Positions 1-9,458 are shown, counted from the first letter of the stretch. The stretch is DNA of 26,765 nucleotides from Chloroflexota bacterium (GCA_009778865.1 WRFJ01000001.1:1-26765); one strand, 5' to 3'. Translations and numbers: made by a program. Notes: generated from the sequence alone by a model not told the origin.

Positions 1-420
1 AAAGTGCTGGTGCGCGCTAATATTGAGCTAGGATCACATCTTTCATTGATAGGTGATTTTTTTGGTTTAACATACTATCAAAACAGTGGGGCAGCTTTTG
101 GTATTTTTCAAGATGGCACGGCTATCCTAGCTTTAATCTCTGCCTTGTTTGCCAGCGGATGCCTGTTATTATTTTTAAAACCAAATATAATCCCGCAATT
201 AAACAATGTTTGGGGCAATGCGGGGCTTACTTTACTTTTTAGCGGGTCGGTAGGCAATCTTATAGATCGTATTTTTTTGGGTTTTGTTACCGATTGGATC
301 AAACTGGGGCCCATACCTAACTTCAACGTCGCCGACGGCTGTGTAACTGTAGGCGTTATATTACTGTTAATTTTCGTGTTACTGCCAGAACTCTTTAAGA
401 AAGAGCAACGGCATGCCTGA
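1..420 (+). CDS. lspA: Lipoprotein signal peptidase II (5'-partial; reading frame is open from base 1)
   Basis: Motifs NSGAAFG, GNLIDR and FNVAD with hydrophobic segments; overlaps the downstream RluA-family gene, the usual lspA-rluD arrangement. Confidence 0.95.
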   Translation, partial: KVLVRANIELGSHLSLIGDFFGLTYYQNSGAAFGIFQDGTAILALISALFASGCLLLFLKPNIIPQLNNVWGNAGLTLLFSGSVGNLIDRIFLGFVTDWIKLGPIPNFNVADGCVTVGVILLLIFVLLPELFKKEQRHA

Positions 421-1309
421 CTTTATAATAGAAAAAGCCGATGATGGGTTAAGATTAGATGTCTTTTTAAGTCAAAAGACCAAATTTACACGTGCTAAAA
501 TAAAAAAACTTATTGATGGCGGTCAAACGACTGTTGACCAATGTTTAGTTAATAAAAACGGACTTATCGTTAAGAACGGCATGCAGATAACAATCAATAT
601 ACGTAACCCGCAGCCTCTTGATGTGGCAGCTTATGACTTTCCGCTAAACATAGTTTTTGAAGATGAATATTTTTTAGTTGTAGATAAGCCAGCCGGTCTG
701 GTGGTACATCCAGCGCCAGGTCACTATGACGACACTTTAGTAAACGCCCTTAAAGCTAAATATGACAATCTACCCAGCCTAGGAGGACAGGAACGCGCCG
801 GCATCGTTCACAGACTGGATATGGACACCAGCGGTTTAATACTGATAGCTAAAAGTGAAGAAGCCATCGTATATTTCTCGCAGCTTTTCCAGCAACACCA
901 AATTGAAAAACACTACATAGCATTAGTAAAAGGCCGACCTGCAAACAACTACGGACGTATAGAAGCTCCCATCGGTCGTCATCCCAAAAACCGCCAAAAA
1001 ATGTCCGTTAACACCAAGGGACGTGAAGCTATAACCGAGTATACTGTTAAAGAATACTATAAAAATCATGCTCTTTTGGATATAAAACTACTGACTGGGC
1101 GCACTCATCAAATACGTGTACATCTAGCGGCTATAGGCCACCCAGTATACGGAGACTGTCTTTACGGCCAAGAAGAAAAGAATCTTACCAGGCACTTTTT
1201 GCATGCTGGCTATCTTTTATTTACTCACCCTAAGAGCAAAAAGCTGATGCAATTTTCCTCACCGCTACCTAAAAACTTAAGCGATATTTTAAAAAATACC
1301 AGCCTTTAA
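413..1309 (+). CDS. rluD: RluA/RluD-family 23S rRNA pseudouridine synthase with N-terminal S4 domain
   Basis: S4-like N-terminus (RLDVFL), VDKPAGLVVHP, catalytic HRLDMDTSG and GRTHQIRVH motifs. Confidence 0.92.
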   Translation: MPDFIIEKADDGLRLDVFLSQKTKFTRAKIKKLIDGGQTTVDQCLVNKNGLIVKNGMQITINIRNPQPLDVAAYDFPLNIVFEDEYFLVVDKPAGLVVHPAPGHYDDTLVNALKAKYDNLPSLGGQERAGIVHRLDMDTSGLILIAKSEEAIVYFSQLFQQHQIEKHYIALVKGRPANNYGRIEAPIGRHPKNRQKMSVNTKGREAITEYTVKEYYKNHALLDIKLLTGRTHQIRVHLAAIGHPVYGDCLYGQEEKNLTRHFLHAGYLLFTHPKSKKLMQFSSPLPKNLSDILKNTSL

Positions 1310-1497
1310 GAGAATCTATGGCAATGCTATAATAAATGCATTAATTGCCATAAGTATGAATAATATTTTGATAAGTAAACATTGGCTTAATTTTAGCAGC
1401 GTTTGCTAGTTGTTTGACTGATATATTTATCTTATTAATGTTTGATTAATCTTAATAGTTTATATTTAGCAAAGAAGGTTTTACAAGGAGAAATACA

Positions 1498-2007
1498 ATG
1501 AAAAAGCCAACAAAAATATTTTTGGTTTTACTAAGCTCAGTTTTGCTTCTGGCAGGTGTGATCGGTACCACCGGTTGTATGTTTACTGATGACAGCAATA
1601 GTGTCAAATCTTACGCCGTAAATAAAACTATAACGTTTGCTAAAGTCAAATACACCGTGACCGAAACAATACGCTCTGCTACTCTAAACGATATAGCCGC
1701 TCCTGAAGATTACGAGTATTTGACTATTACCGTCAAGATAGAAAATACCGTCAACAACCGCATGACTTTTAACCAGCTGTGTTGGCGTTATGTAGATACC
1801 AACCATATAGAACGCGATTGTCTCAATGATGCTCAATACCAAACTTCCACCTCTATGGGCGCAGGTGCTATCGTAGCTAAAAATTCCACTCCTTTTGTCA
1901 GTACTATTAGTTTTTTAGTTAAAACAGGCGAAACTGGTTTGATCAATTTCTACTTTACTTTAGATTCTTTAGTAGCCGGATTTGCCATTGATCTAAGCAA
2001 AAAATAA
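1498..2007 (+). CDS. Predicted lipoprotein, DUF4352-like Ig-fold domain
   Basis: RBS (aggag) upstream; signal peptide MKK...LLLAGVIGTTG-C with lipobox; beta-rich pattern YEYLTITVKIENT resembling DUF4352. Domain call is by eye. Confidence 0.7.
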   Translation: MKKPTKIFLVLLSSVLLLAGVIGTTGCMFTDDSNSVKSYAVNKTITFAKVKYTVTETIRSATLNDIAAPEDYEYLTITVKIENTVNNRMTFNQLCWRYVDTNHIERDCLNDAQYQTSTSMGAGAIVAKNSTPFVSTISFLVKTGETGLINFYFTLDSLVAGFAIDLSKK

Positions 2008-2015
2008 GAGTACAT

Positions 2016-3491
2016 ATGGGAAAAGAAGTAAGAGTACGCTATGCTCCTAGCCCCACCGGACTTCCGCACGTGGGTAATATACGTACAGCCTTATTTAACT
2101 GGCTGTTTGCACGCCATTACGGAGGTAAATTTATCGTACGTATAGAAGATACCGATCGTGCACGATATGTGGATACAGCCACCGAGGCTATGCTGGACGG
2201 CCTGCGCTGGTTAGGCATAGATTGGGATGAAGGTCCTCAAGTAGGTGGCCTCTATGCTTCTTATTTTCAAAGCGAGCGCTTACCACTTTATCAACAGGCC
2301 GCAAGCAAACTGGTAAGCGAAGGTAAGGCTTATTATTGCTACTGTACACCCGAGCGTCTTGATAAAATGAGAGAAACGCAAATTGCTGCCAAAACTCCTC
2401 CGGGCTACGATCGTACTTGTCGCTCTTTAAGTGATGCTCAAAGGGCTGCATTGGAAAAACAAAGCCTGCCATGCGTAGTACGCTTTAAGTGTCCTTCTAA
2501 TGGCAAAACTGTCTTTAACGACGCTATACGTGGTCAAGTAGAGTTTGAAAATGCCTTGCTAGATGATTTTATTATTTTAAAAAGCGACGGCTACCCCACT
2601 TATCATTTAGCCAACGTAGTAGATGATGCTGCTATGCATATCAGCCATGTACTGCGTGCCGAAGAATGGATACCCTCCACGCCTAAGCATATTTTATTAT
2701 ATGAAGCTTTAGATCTTAAAGACCATGTACCTATTTTTGCCCATATGCCTATGATTTTAGGCCCCGATAAAAGCAAGCTTTCCAAAAGACATGGTGCAAT
2801 AGCCATCACAGCCTACAAAGAAGAAGGCTATTTACCGGAAAGTATGTTTAACTTTTTAGCTCTTTTAGGTTGGGCCTACGATGATAAGACTGAGATTTTC
2901 GACTGTCAAGAATTGATAAAATATTTTGATCTTAATAAAGTATCCAAAACAGCAGCTATCTTTAATGTGGATAAACTTAATTGGATGAACGGCATGTATA
3001 TTCGCTCTTTAGAACCGACCGACTTGGCTGCCCGTATGCAACCTTTAGTTGAAGAGCATATAAAAAAGCTTACGATACAGGATGTACAATATTTGCAAGA
3101 TATCACACCACTTATCCAAGAGCGCATTAAGCTCCTAAATAAAGAAAATGTAGTAGAACCCATCCGCTTTTTCTTTACCGATAAACTAGAGTATAGCACT
3201 GACAATCTAAAAGCCTCCAAACTGGAAAAAGAGCCAACACAAAAAGTAATATCGACTGTAAAAGAAAGACTGCAAACATTAAATGAATTTAGTGATAAAA
3301 ATTTAGAGATAATCATCAAGCCCCTGTTGGAACAAAGCAGTCTTAAGCCCGGACAATTCTATGGAGCTTTGCGCTGGGCGGTATCGGCCAGCGAAGTTTC
3401 TCCACCCATCTACTCAACCATGCGCGTACTGGGTAAAGAACGAGTAATTAATAGAATGCAAGATGCTTTAGCCGCTCTTAAAACTTTTTAG
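2016..3491 (+). CDS. gltX: Glutamate--tRNA ligase
   Basis: VRYAPSPTG-PHVGN (HIGH motif), RIEDTD, CYC zinc-site, KLSKR (KMSKS motif). Confidence 0.97.
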   Translation: MGKEVRVRYAPSPTGLPHVGNIRTALFNWLFARHYGGKFIVRIEDTDRARYVDTATEAMLDGLRWLGIDWDEGPQVGGLYASYFQSERLPLYQQAASKLVSEGKAYYCYCTPERLDKMRETQIAAKTPPGYDRTCRSLSDAQRAALEKQSLPCVVRFKCPSNGKTVFNDAIRGQVEFENALLDDFIILKSDGYPTYHLANVVDDAAMHISHVLRAEEWIPSTPKHILLYEALDLKDHVPIFAHMPMILGPDKSKLSKRHGAIAITAYKEEGYLPESMFNFLALLGWAYDDKTEIFDCQELIKYFDLNKVSKTAAIFNVDKLNWMNGMYIRSLEPTDLAARMQPLVEEHIKKLTIQDVQYLQDITPLIQERIKLLNKENVVEPIRFFFTDKLEYSTDNLKASKLEKEPTQKVISTVKERLQTLNEFSDKNLEIIIKPLLEQSSLKPGQFYGALRWAVSASEVSPPIYSTMRVLGKERVINRMQDALAALKTF

Positions 3492-3500
3492 ATTTGGCCC

Positions 3501-3543
3501 TAAACGATAAATGGCCCACCATAAATAGGCCATTTATCGTTTA
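3501..3543. terminator. Bidirectional intrinsic terminator between convergent gltX and the P-type ATPase
   Basis: Perfect 16-bp inverted repeat taaacgataaatggcc (3501-3516) / ggccatttatcgttta (3528-3543), 11-nt loop. Confidence 0.85.
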
Positions 3544-3554
3544 CAAGCAGTTAT

Positions 3555-6197
3555 TTATTTTAGACTATTTTTAGCATATCTGCTATCGGTAATGGCATCA
3601 CGAATAACTTTATAGGTCTGAATAATAAACGTAGGAGCAAAAGCTAAAGCAACAATCTGCCATATTTGTGCACCGTTTAACGGTTCAACCTGAAAAGCTC
3701 CCTGTAAAACAGGAACGAAGAGAGCACAGACTAACAAAGATACGCCGGCACCAAAAGCCATCCAACTGTATTTATTTGCTAAAATACCCAGCTTGAAGAT
3801 AGAGCCTTTGCCACGGCAGTTAAAACCATGGAACAGTCTGGCTAAAGTAAGAGTAGCAAAAGCCATGGTCATAGCCATAGTCGCACTGTGTGCATAACCA
3901 ATATAAAAAGCCCACATGACAAAAAAACCTATCGACAAACCCTGGACGCAGATAGCCGTTAGCAGATAACGATTTAAAATAGGTTCTTTAGAGTCCCGCG
4001 GTTTATCTTTTAATAAATTCTGGCGCGGACTTTCCATACCGATGGCAATAGCCGGCAGACTATCAGTCAGTAAATTGATAAACAAAAGCTGCACAGCAGC
4101 AAAAGGCATAGGCAATGCAACTACCGAAGCGTATAACACTCCTAAAATGGCAGCAAAATTGCCACTCAGTAAGAAGCGAACAGAATTTTTGATGTTATTG
4201 TAAATGTTGCGACCGTTAGCTACAGCTTTTACAATAGTAGCAAAATTATCGTCAGCCAAAATAACGGCGGCAGCATCCTTGGAAACAGCGGTGCCAGTCA
4301 TACCCATAGCCACACCCACATCAGCCTTTTTTAAAGCTGGGGCATCATTTACACCATCGCCAGTCATAGCCACAATATTGCCGCGCTTTTGCCAAGCGTC
4401 AACTATACGAATTTTGTGTTCTGGAGAAACCCGAGCGTAAACAACAATATGAGCAATCTTTAAAGATAAATCTTCATCGCTCATTTGATTTAACTCGCAG
4501 CCATCTACAGCTATGTCCTCGTCGCGCATAATACCTATCTGACGGGCAATGGCAGTCGCTGTGGTTTTATGATCACCGGTAATCATCACTGTTTTGATAC
4601 CGGCCAGCCTAGCTGCCTTTACTGATTCTATAGACTCCAAACGCGGGGGGTCCATTAGTGAAATTAAACCAATAAAAGTAAAATCCTGCTCGTCCTCCAA
4701 AGTTATCATATGTTCGTTTTTAAATGTTTTATAAGCAAAAGCCAGTACACGCAAGCCGTTTTGTGACAGTTTTTCGTTAATATTAAAGATCTCTCTTTTA
4801 TCATCAGCGGTAAATTCTTTAACGATGCCAGCAATTTCAATATGTTTTACCAAAGGCAAAATGACATCTAAAGCGCCCTTGGTGTACATGGTATATTGAC
4901 CGTTTATACAGTGTAAAGTGCTCATCATTTTACGGCCAGAGTCAAAAGCCAGTTCACTAAGACGCTGGTGTTTCCCCCGATGCTCTTCTTCATGCATACC
5001 CAATCTATGGCCCAAATTTACCAAAGCCACCTCAGTAGGATCACCTATATTTTGACCATTACGAACAGTAGCATCACTGGCCAATATAGCAGCATTTAAA
5101 AGTCGAGCATGTTGAGGATTTTGTGTTACCAAGTCATCACTGGACATCAGTATGCCATCAACGTAAGCCTGTTGGGTAACCATTTTATTTTGCGTAAGAG
5201 TACCGGTTTTGTCAGAGCAGATAACAGATACGGCACCCAAACTTTCCACTGCTTTAAGCTCTTTAATGATAGCATTAGCTTTAGCTATTTTTTGTGTACC
5301 TACTGCCAGCACAATAGTAACAATAGCACTTAAAGCTTCCGGTATGGCAGCTACCGCTAAAGCTACAGCAAAAAGCAGGGCATCAGTAAAACTGTAGTTT
5401 TGAATCATATTTAAAGCAAATATCAAAATACAGATGGCTATAATGACCATGGCCAACTTTTTGCCAAAATTATCCAAACTGATCTGTAGTGGCGTTTTCC
5501 TTTGCTGGGTTTGGTTCATCAGAAAAGCAATCTTACCTATTTCAGTGTGCATAGCAGTAGCTGTAACTGCCATATAGGCGCGCCCATAAGTAACCAATGA
5601 ACCACTGTATACCATATTTTTGCGATCTCCAAGCGGCAAATCGCTTGCTTCTATAATATCTATAGTTTTGTCTATACTATGGCTTTCACCTGTAAGTGAG
5701 CTTTCATTAACCTGCAAAGAAAAATTCTCTATAATGCGCCCATCGGCTACTACCAAATCTCCTGCTTCCAACGACACAATATCACCTTTAACTATCTCTG
5801 CAGCAGCCATTTCAGTTTTGATGCCATCACGTATAACTTTGGCAGTAGGTGCCGATAAAGCTTTAAGACTTTCCAGAGACTTTTCGGCCTTAAAGTGCTG
5901 TACAGTGCCTAATATGGCATTTAATATAAGCACCGCCACAATAACAATACAACTTTCAATAGACTTGGAAACCGCTGAGATAGCAGCGGCTATTAATAAT
6001 ATAATGACCAATAAGTCTTTAAATTGCTCAAAAAATACTCGAATGACGCTTTTCTTTTCGCCTTCGGATAAAGTGTTGGGACCGTCTTGTTGCAAACGCT
6101 TAGCAGCTTCTTGAATACTCAAACCTTGTCGCCTGCCGGCCAGCTCATTAAGTGTATCTTGGGCACTTAAATTAAAAAAATCTTTTTTGTCAGACAT
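3555..6197 (-). CDS. P-type IIA (Ca2+/Mn2+-transporting, YoaB/LMCA-like) ATPase; likely start MSDKK at 6197 rather than 6242
   Basis: TGES, AIPEAL, DKTGTLT (phospho-Asp), TGDGVNDAPAL and LFINLLTD motifs. The longer ORF start at 6242 lies inside the riboswitch terminator. Confidence 0.93.
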   Translation of the reverse strand: MSDKKDFFNLSAQDTLNELAGRRQGLSIQEAAKRLQQDGPNTLSEGEKKSVIRVFFEQFKDLLVIILLIAAAISAVSKSIESCIVIVAVLILNAILGTVQHFKAEKSLESLKALSAPTAKVIRDGIKTEMAAAEIVKGDIVSLEAGDLVVADGRIIENFSLQVNESSLTGESHSIDKTIDIIEASDLPLGDRKNMVYSGSLVTYGRAYMAVTATAMHTEIGKIAFLMNQTQQRKTPLQISLDNFGKKLAMVIIAICILIFALNMIQNYSFTDALLFAVALAVAAIPEALSAIVTIVLAVGTQKIAKANAIIKELKAVESLGAVSVICSDKTGTLTQNKMVTQQAYVDGILMSSDDLVTQNPQHARLLNAAILASDATVRNGQNIGDPTEVALVNLGHRLGMHEEEHRGKHQRLSELAFDSGRKMMSTLHCINGQYTMYTKGALDVILPLVKHIEIAGIVKEFTADDKREIFNINEKLSQNGLRVLAFAYKTFKNEHMITLEDEQDFTFIGLISLMDPPRLESIESVKAARLAGIKTVMITGDHKTTATAIARQIGIMRDEDIAVDGCELNQMSDEDLSLKIAHIVVYARVSPEHKIRIVDAWQKRGNIVAMTGDGVNDAPALKKADVGVAMGMTGTAVSKDAAAVILADDNFATIVKAVANGRNIYNNIKNSVRFLLSGNFAAILGVLYASVVALPMPFAAVQLLFINLLTDSLPAIAIGMESPRQNLLKDKPRDSKEPILNRYLLTAICVQGLSIGFFVMWAFYIGYAHSATMAMTMAFATLTLARLFHGFNCRGKGSIFKLGILANKYSWMAFGAGVSLLVCALFVPVLQGAFQVEPLNGAQIWQIVALAFAPTFIIQTYKVIRDAITDSRYAKNSLK

Positions 6198-6216
6198 TCT
6201 TGGACTCTTCTTAATT

Positions 6217-6286
6217 GTAGTATAAAAAAAGACCGTTAACATGGAAACAAACGCTCAAAAGCGTTTAAAACCACATTAAAAGTCTC
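6217..6286 (-). terminator. Riboswitch expression platform: intrinsic terminator sharing the P1 3' strand
   Basis: Transcript reads gagacttttaatgtgg...aaacgct-tttg-agcgttt...ccatgttaacggtc followed by a U-tract. The hairpin uses the same gagacuuuuaa that forms aptamer P1, so the two folds are mutually exclusive. Confidence 0.7.
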
Positions 6287-6367
6287 GTTAACCAGTAAAT
6301 GGCGCATAGAGCCGGGTCTAAAAAGACCGTGGTGACGACAGCTATGTTGAAAACTACTCCCTTTTAA
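6276..6367 (-). ncRNA. yybP-ykoY (Mn2+-sensing) riboswitch aptamer
   Basis: Minus strand has P1 ttaaaag/cttttaa, conserved GGGAGTAG, a GTCGTCACCAC loop element and AACGAGAC; it lies directly upstream of a P-type ATPase, a known context for this riboswitch. Confidence 0.88.
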
Positions 6368-6397
6368 AATAAAGGCCTGATTTTTCTATCTTTTTGA

Positions 6398-6426
6398 AGT
6401 ATATACCGTTCAAATGTATTTTGCAA
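6398..6426 (-). promoter_or_regulatory. Sigma70-type promoter for the riboswitch/ATPase transcript
   Basis: TTGCAA (6421-6426) - 17 nt - TATACT (6398-6403) on the minus strand, about 30 nt before the aptamer. Confidence 0.75.
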
Positions 6427-6475
6427 ATACGAGCACAATCGATAAAATAACAAAAATCGCTGACTATACTAATAC

Positions 6476-7601
6476 TATTGATCCCCCGATTAAATATTGC
6501 GCTAAGCCGCATAAGCTGTAGTCGGTGTATTGAAGAAAGATATTATTTTATACGGATTAAGCTGAACCGACTTCATGTGAGAGCGTATATTATGCTCTAA
6601 GTCATTTTCCGAGCGCGGCATGTAACGATTACCCACTCCGCGCTTTAAGTCACTGTTAAGGTATTCTCCGGGGTTGTACTCTGGTGTATACGGCGGCAAG
6701 TAAAATATCTCCAATCTCGGCTTATGCCTTTTAACCCAAGTGGTCGCTTTTTTACTATGATGCACGCGTAGATTATCTAAAACCAAGAATACTTTCTTTT
6801 CGGTGTCTTTTACTAAGCGGCTAAAGAAATCTATAAGCTTATCTGCATTCATATTGTCTTTGTACAGCATAAAGCGCATTTTGCCACTACTGGAAACTGC
6901 TGATAGCATATTGATTTTCATCTTAATTGACTCAGTTTTTAATACGGGAGTGCGCCCGATAGGCGCATATCCCTTAGCGTAATTAGCAGTGTTCTGTATG
7001 CCGGTTTCGTCACCGAAGAATATTTGGGCGTTTTCTCTCTTGGCTTGCTCTTTTATCCCAGGGAACTCCCGTTCTACCCAATCAACTATCTTTTTAGCAT
7101 CCTGCTTGTAAGCTCGTTTTGCCGGACGTTGAACCGAGAATCCCCAACGCAAAAGATAATAACCCAAGGTGCTTAACGGCATTGACATCTTGTATGTCTG
7201 CTCAATGTACTCAGCTATGTTCTTACGCGTCCACATACAACCCTTTAGACGGAGTTGTTCCGGACTTTTGTCTATAATAACACCCCTAACGGCTCTTTCT
7301 TGTTCTATGGTTAAAACTCGGCTGCTGCCAAGTTTGCGTCCGCGCCTTTGAAGCTTAATCCCGGCAAAACCTTCATCTCTGAATTTCTTGATTGTTGACT
7401 CAACATGTCTTCGGCTTACATCCAATATTTGGGCGGTTTCCGCCCCTGTTTTACCTTGTTTTTTCAGCCTGACAATGTTTTTACGAATCTGAAACTGTTC
7501 TTTCGGGCTTAAATGTTTGGCATCCGTTCTTAATTCTTTTTCCATGTTATAAGTGTATCATTTTTTAATCTATTACGCAATATTTATTCGGTATGTCAAT
7601 A
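6476..7601 (-). mobile_element. IS630-family insertion sequence, apparently intact
   Basis: 26-bp imperfect TIRs including the terminal TA (6476-6501 and 7576-7601; 21/26 identical), TA at both ends, a single transposase ORF. Confidence 0.92.
6502..7545 (-). CDS. IS630-family transposase (HTH + DDE_3)
   Basis: N-terminal HTH and winged-helix (WTRKNI...WGFSVQRPAKRA); catalytic triad in FGDETG, VLDNLRVH and YTPEYNPGEY. Confidence 0.95.
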   Translation of the reverse strand: MEKELRTDAKHLSPKEQFQIRKNIVRLKKQGKTGAETAQILDVSRRHVESTIKKFRDEGFAGIKLQRRGRKLGSSRVLTIEQERAVRGVIIDKSPEQLRLKGCMWTRKNIAEYIEQTYKMSMPLSTLGYYLLRWGFSVQRPAKRAYKQDAKKIVDWVEREFPGIKEQAKRENAQIFFGDETGIQNTANYAKGYAPIGRTPVLKTESIKMKINMLSAVSSSGKMRFMLYKDNMNADKLIDFFSRLVKDTEKKVFLVLDNLRVHHSKKATTWVKRHKPRLEIFYLPPYTPEYNPGEYLNSDLKRGVGNRYMPRSENDLEHNIRSHMKSVQLNPYKIISFFNTPTTAYAA

Positions 7602-7616
7602 TAGCCGACAGTATGT

Positions 7617-8231
7617 TTATACCTTATTAATTCTTTTATAATCTTCACGCTGCACACAGTCAGTCACTGCTCTTTTACCTAAAGAGAACATACGCTCCAA
7701 AGCTTCCGGCCGGCCTTTTATGCCGTCTATGGTATTAAGATTAGAAGCTGTTTCCATACCGAAAAATTTTATATTGTGACTAATAAACCAAGTACTGATT
7801 TCCTCTTTGATGCAGTCAAATATATCGTTTCTATCGCGCCCGCCGGCAGCTAAAATATAACCTCGCCTTTCTTTAGGTGGATAAAGAGGATCGGTTGCCA
7901 ATATGTATTTGCGCACCCAGTTACTCTGACCACGATCAATTAAAGTTTTAATTTGCGCCGGCACGCCGGCAAAGTAAATGGGAGAAGCTATGACGATAAT
8001 ATCGGCCCAAGCCAAATCTTCATTTACCATATTCATATCATCTTGCTTAACACATTCACCACTACTAAAACACTTATCGCAATGCTCACAGTAGTCTATT
8101 TTTATAGAACTGGCAGAAATTTGTTTAATGGCTGCTCCTTGTGACTCGGCACCTGCTAAAAAAGCTTTCAGCATAATAGCAGTATTGCCCCAGCGACGCG
8201 GAGAAGCAGCTATGCCCAAAACACAGATCAA
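7617..8231 (-). CDS. Iron-sulfur flavoprotein (Isf) / NADPH-dependent FMN reductase family
   Basis: ASPRRWGNT FMN loop, compact C-x2-C-x2-C-x5-C motif (CEHCDKCFSSGEC), ASPIYF and KTLIDR motifs; TTG start abuts the ybeY stop. Confidence 0.88.
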   Translation of the reverse strand: MICVLGIAASPRRWGNTAIMLKAFLAGAESQGAAIKQISASSIKIDYCEHCDKCFSSGECVKQDDMNMVNEDLAWADIIVIASPIYFAGVPAQIKTLIDRGQSNWVRKYILATDPLYPPKERRGYILAAGGRDRNDIFDCIKEEISTWFISHNIKFFGMETASNLNTIDGIKGRPEALERMFSLGKRAVTDCVQREDYKRINKV

Positions 8232-8687
8232 TTATCTATCCCTTTCTTCTAAAGCACACATGATACGTTCTTCTAGACTTTGCATATGAATCTCCTGTTC
8301 AGGTTGTAAATGATCATAGCCCAAAAGATGTAAAATGCCGTGGATAAGTAAGCGCCTAAGCTCTTCTGTCTGGCTAACCTCATATTCAACAGCCTGGCGC
8401 ACCACCGCCGGTGCCGAGATAATAACATCACCTAAATGACGCATATCGTCTGGGACAACAAAACCGTCCTGGCATTCCATTTGGAAAGATATAACATCGG
8501 TGATTTTATCTATATAACGATACAGATAGTTTATCTCACGTATACGCTCATCGCTTACAATGGAAATACCCATTTCGCTTTCCCCAGCATCCGCTAAACA
8601 TAAAATATTCTCAGCACTTTGATACAACCAGTCTTCACTGACCATATTTAAAATACTATCGTCTTCAATGGTTACATTAATTTCCAT
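8232..8687 (-). CDS. ybeY: rRNA maturation endoribonuclease YbeY
   Basis: TDVISF, LGDVIIS and HGILHLLGYDH zinc motif. Confidence 0.95.
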   Translation of the reverse strand: MEINVTIEDDSILNMVSEDWLYQSAENILCLADAGESEMGISIVSDERIREINYLYRYIDKITDVISFQMECQDGFVVPDDMRHLGDVIISAPAVVRQAVEYEVSQTEELRRLLIHGILHLLGYDHLQPEQEIHMQSLEERIMCALEERDR

Positions 8688-8768
8688 ACCTATTTATCAT
8701 ATCATACTAACCACACTGCTTTAAACAGCAAATATGGCACTGTAGCGACTTATCAAACAGCAGTTGCC

Positions 8769-8798
8769 TTGTGAGAAAACAAATCTTTGTGTTATAGT
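8769..8798 (+). promoter_or_regulatory. Putative promoter for tRNA-Ser
   Basis: TTGTGA - 18 nt - TATAGT with extended -10 TGn (8790-8792), about 30 nt upstream of the tRNA. Confidence 0.5.
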
Positions 8799-8830
8799 AT
8801 TAGCGCATCGTTTTGAAAGCAACGGGCTGC

Positions 8831-8922
8831 GGGGAGATCGCATAGAGGTCTAGTGCGGGCGCCTGCTAAGCGCTTATCCTGAGATTTCGGGATCGAGGGT
8901 TCGAATCCCTCTCTCTCCGCCA
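8831..8922 (+). tRNA. tRNA-Ser(GCT)
   Basis: Acceptor stem GGGGAGA/TCTCTCC, G discriminator and encoded CCA; anticodon arm GGCGC-CTGCTAA-GCGCT; long variable arm; T arm GAGGG-TTCGAAT-CCCTC. Confidence 0.97.
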
Positions 8923-8969
8923 TAAGAAAACCAACTATTTCAAAGTATGAGATGGTTTGGATTGGTACC

Positions 8970-9458
8970 ATGAAGAGAATTTTGATCACTTTATCTATAA
9001 TATCCATGATACTTGTTGGGTCTCTAGGAACTGTATCTTGTTCTTATACTAGTCTTGACGATTGTCCGCTTGATGTGACCTATGGAATATACAATGAGGG
9101 TAACGAAGTTTATTTGGCTTTGGATTTTACCAACACTGGTAAAAAGACAATAAAAAATATTGAAATCGTCTTTTATCATTCAGTCCTTTTAAACGATGGT
9201 AAGAGTCAGAGTGGTAGGACAGGAGAAAAAATATTCCATTATGGCGAACGACTTAAAGGTGGAGAAACTTACGAGTATTCTTATCTTGTTTTCAGAGATA
9301 CCGCCGATTTATTCGCAGTTGAATTTTCAGGAGATCTGTATATAACATGGATTGATTATAGTCTATTTGGCGGTCAATGGGGAGAACCGACCTTAGGTAA
9401 ACCAATGAACACAGAAAAAGCATTTCATGTTAATCTGGATTCAGTAATAAAAACGTAA
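8970..9458 (+). CDS. Predicted lipoprotein of unknown function (likely start MKRIL at 8970; ORF track start 8952)
   Basis: Signal peptide MKRILITLSIISMILVGSLGTVS-C with lipobox Cys; beta-rich mature part; followed by a strong terminator. Confidence 0.7.
   Translation: MKRILITLSIISMILVGSLGTVSCSYTSLDDCPLDVTYGIYNEGNEVYLALDFTNTGKKTIKNIEIVFYHSVLLNDGKSQSGRTGEKIFHYGERLKGGETYEYSYLVFRDTADLFAVEFSGDLYITWIDYSLFGGQWGEPTLGKPMNTEKAFHVNLDSVIKT

Noticed and set aside
4204-6114. Plus-strand ORFs inside the ATPase (4204, 5109, 5209, 5620)
   Set aside because: Antisense shadows of a conserved gene, with no RBS or motifs.
8792-9007. 71-aa minus-strand ORF
   Set aside because: It is the antisense translation of the tRNA (AEREGFEPS pattern).
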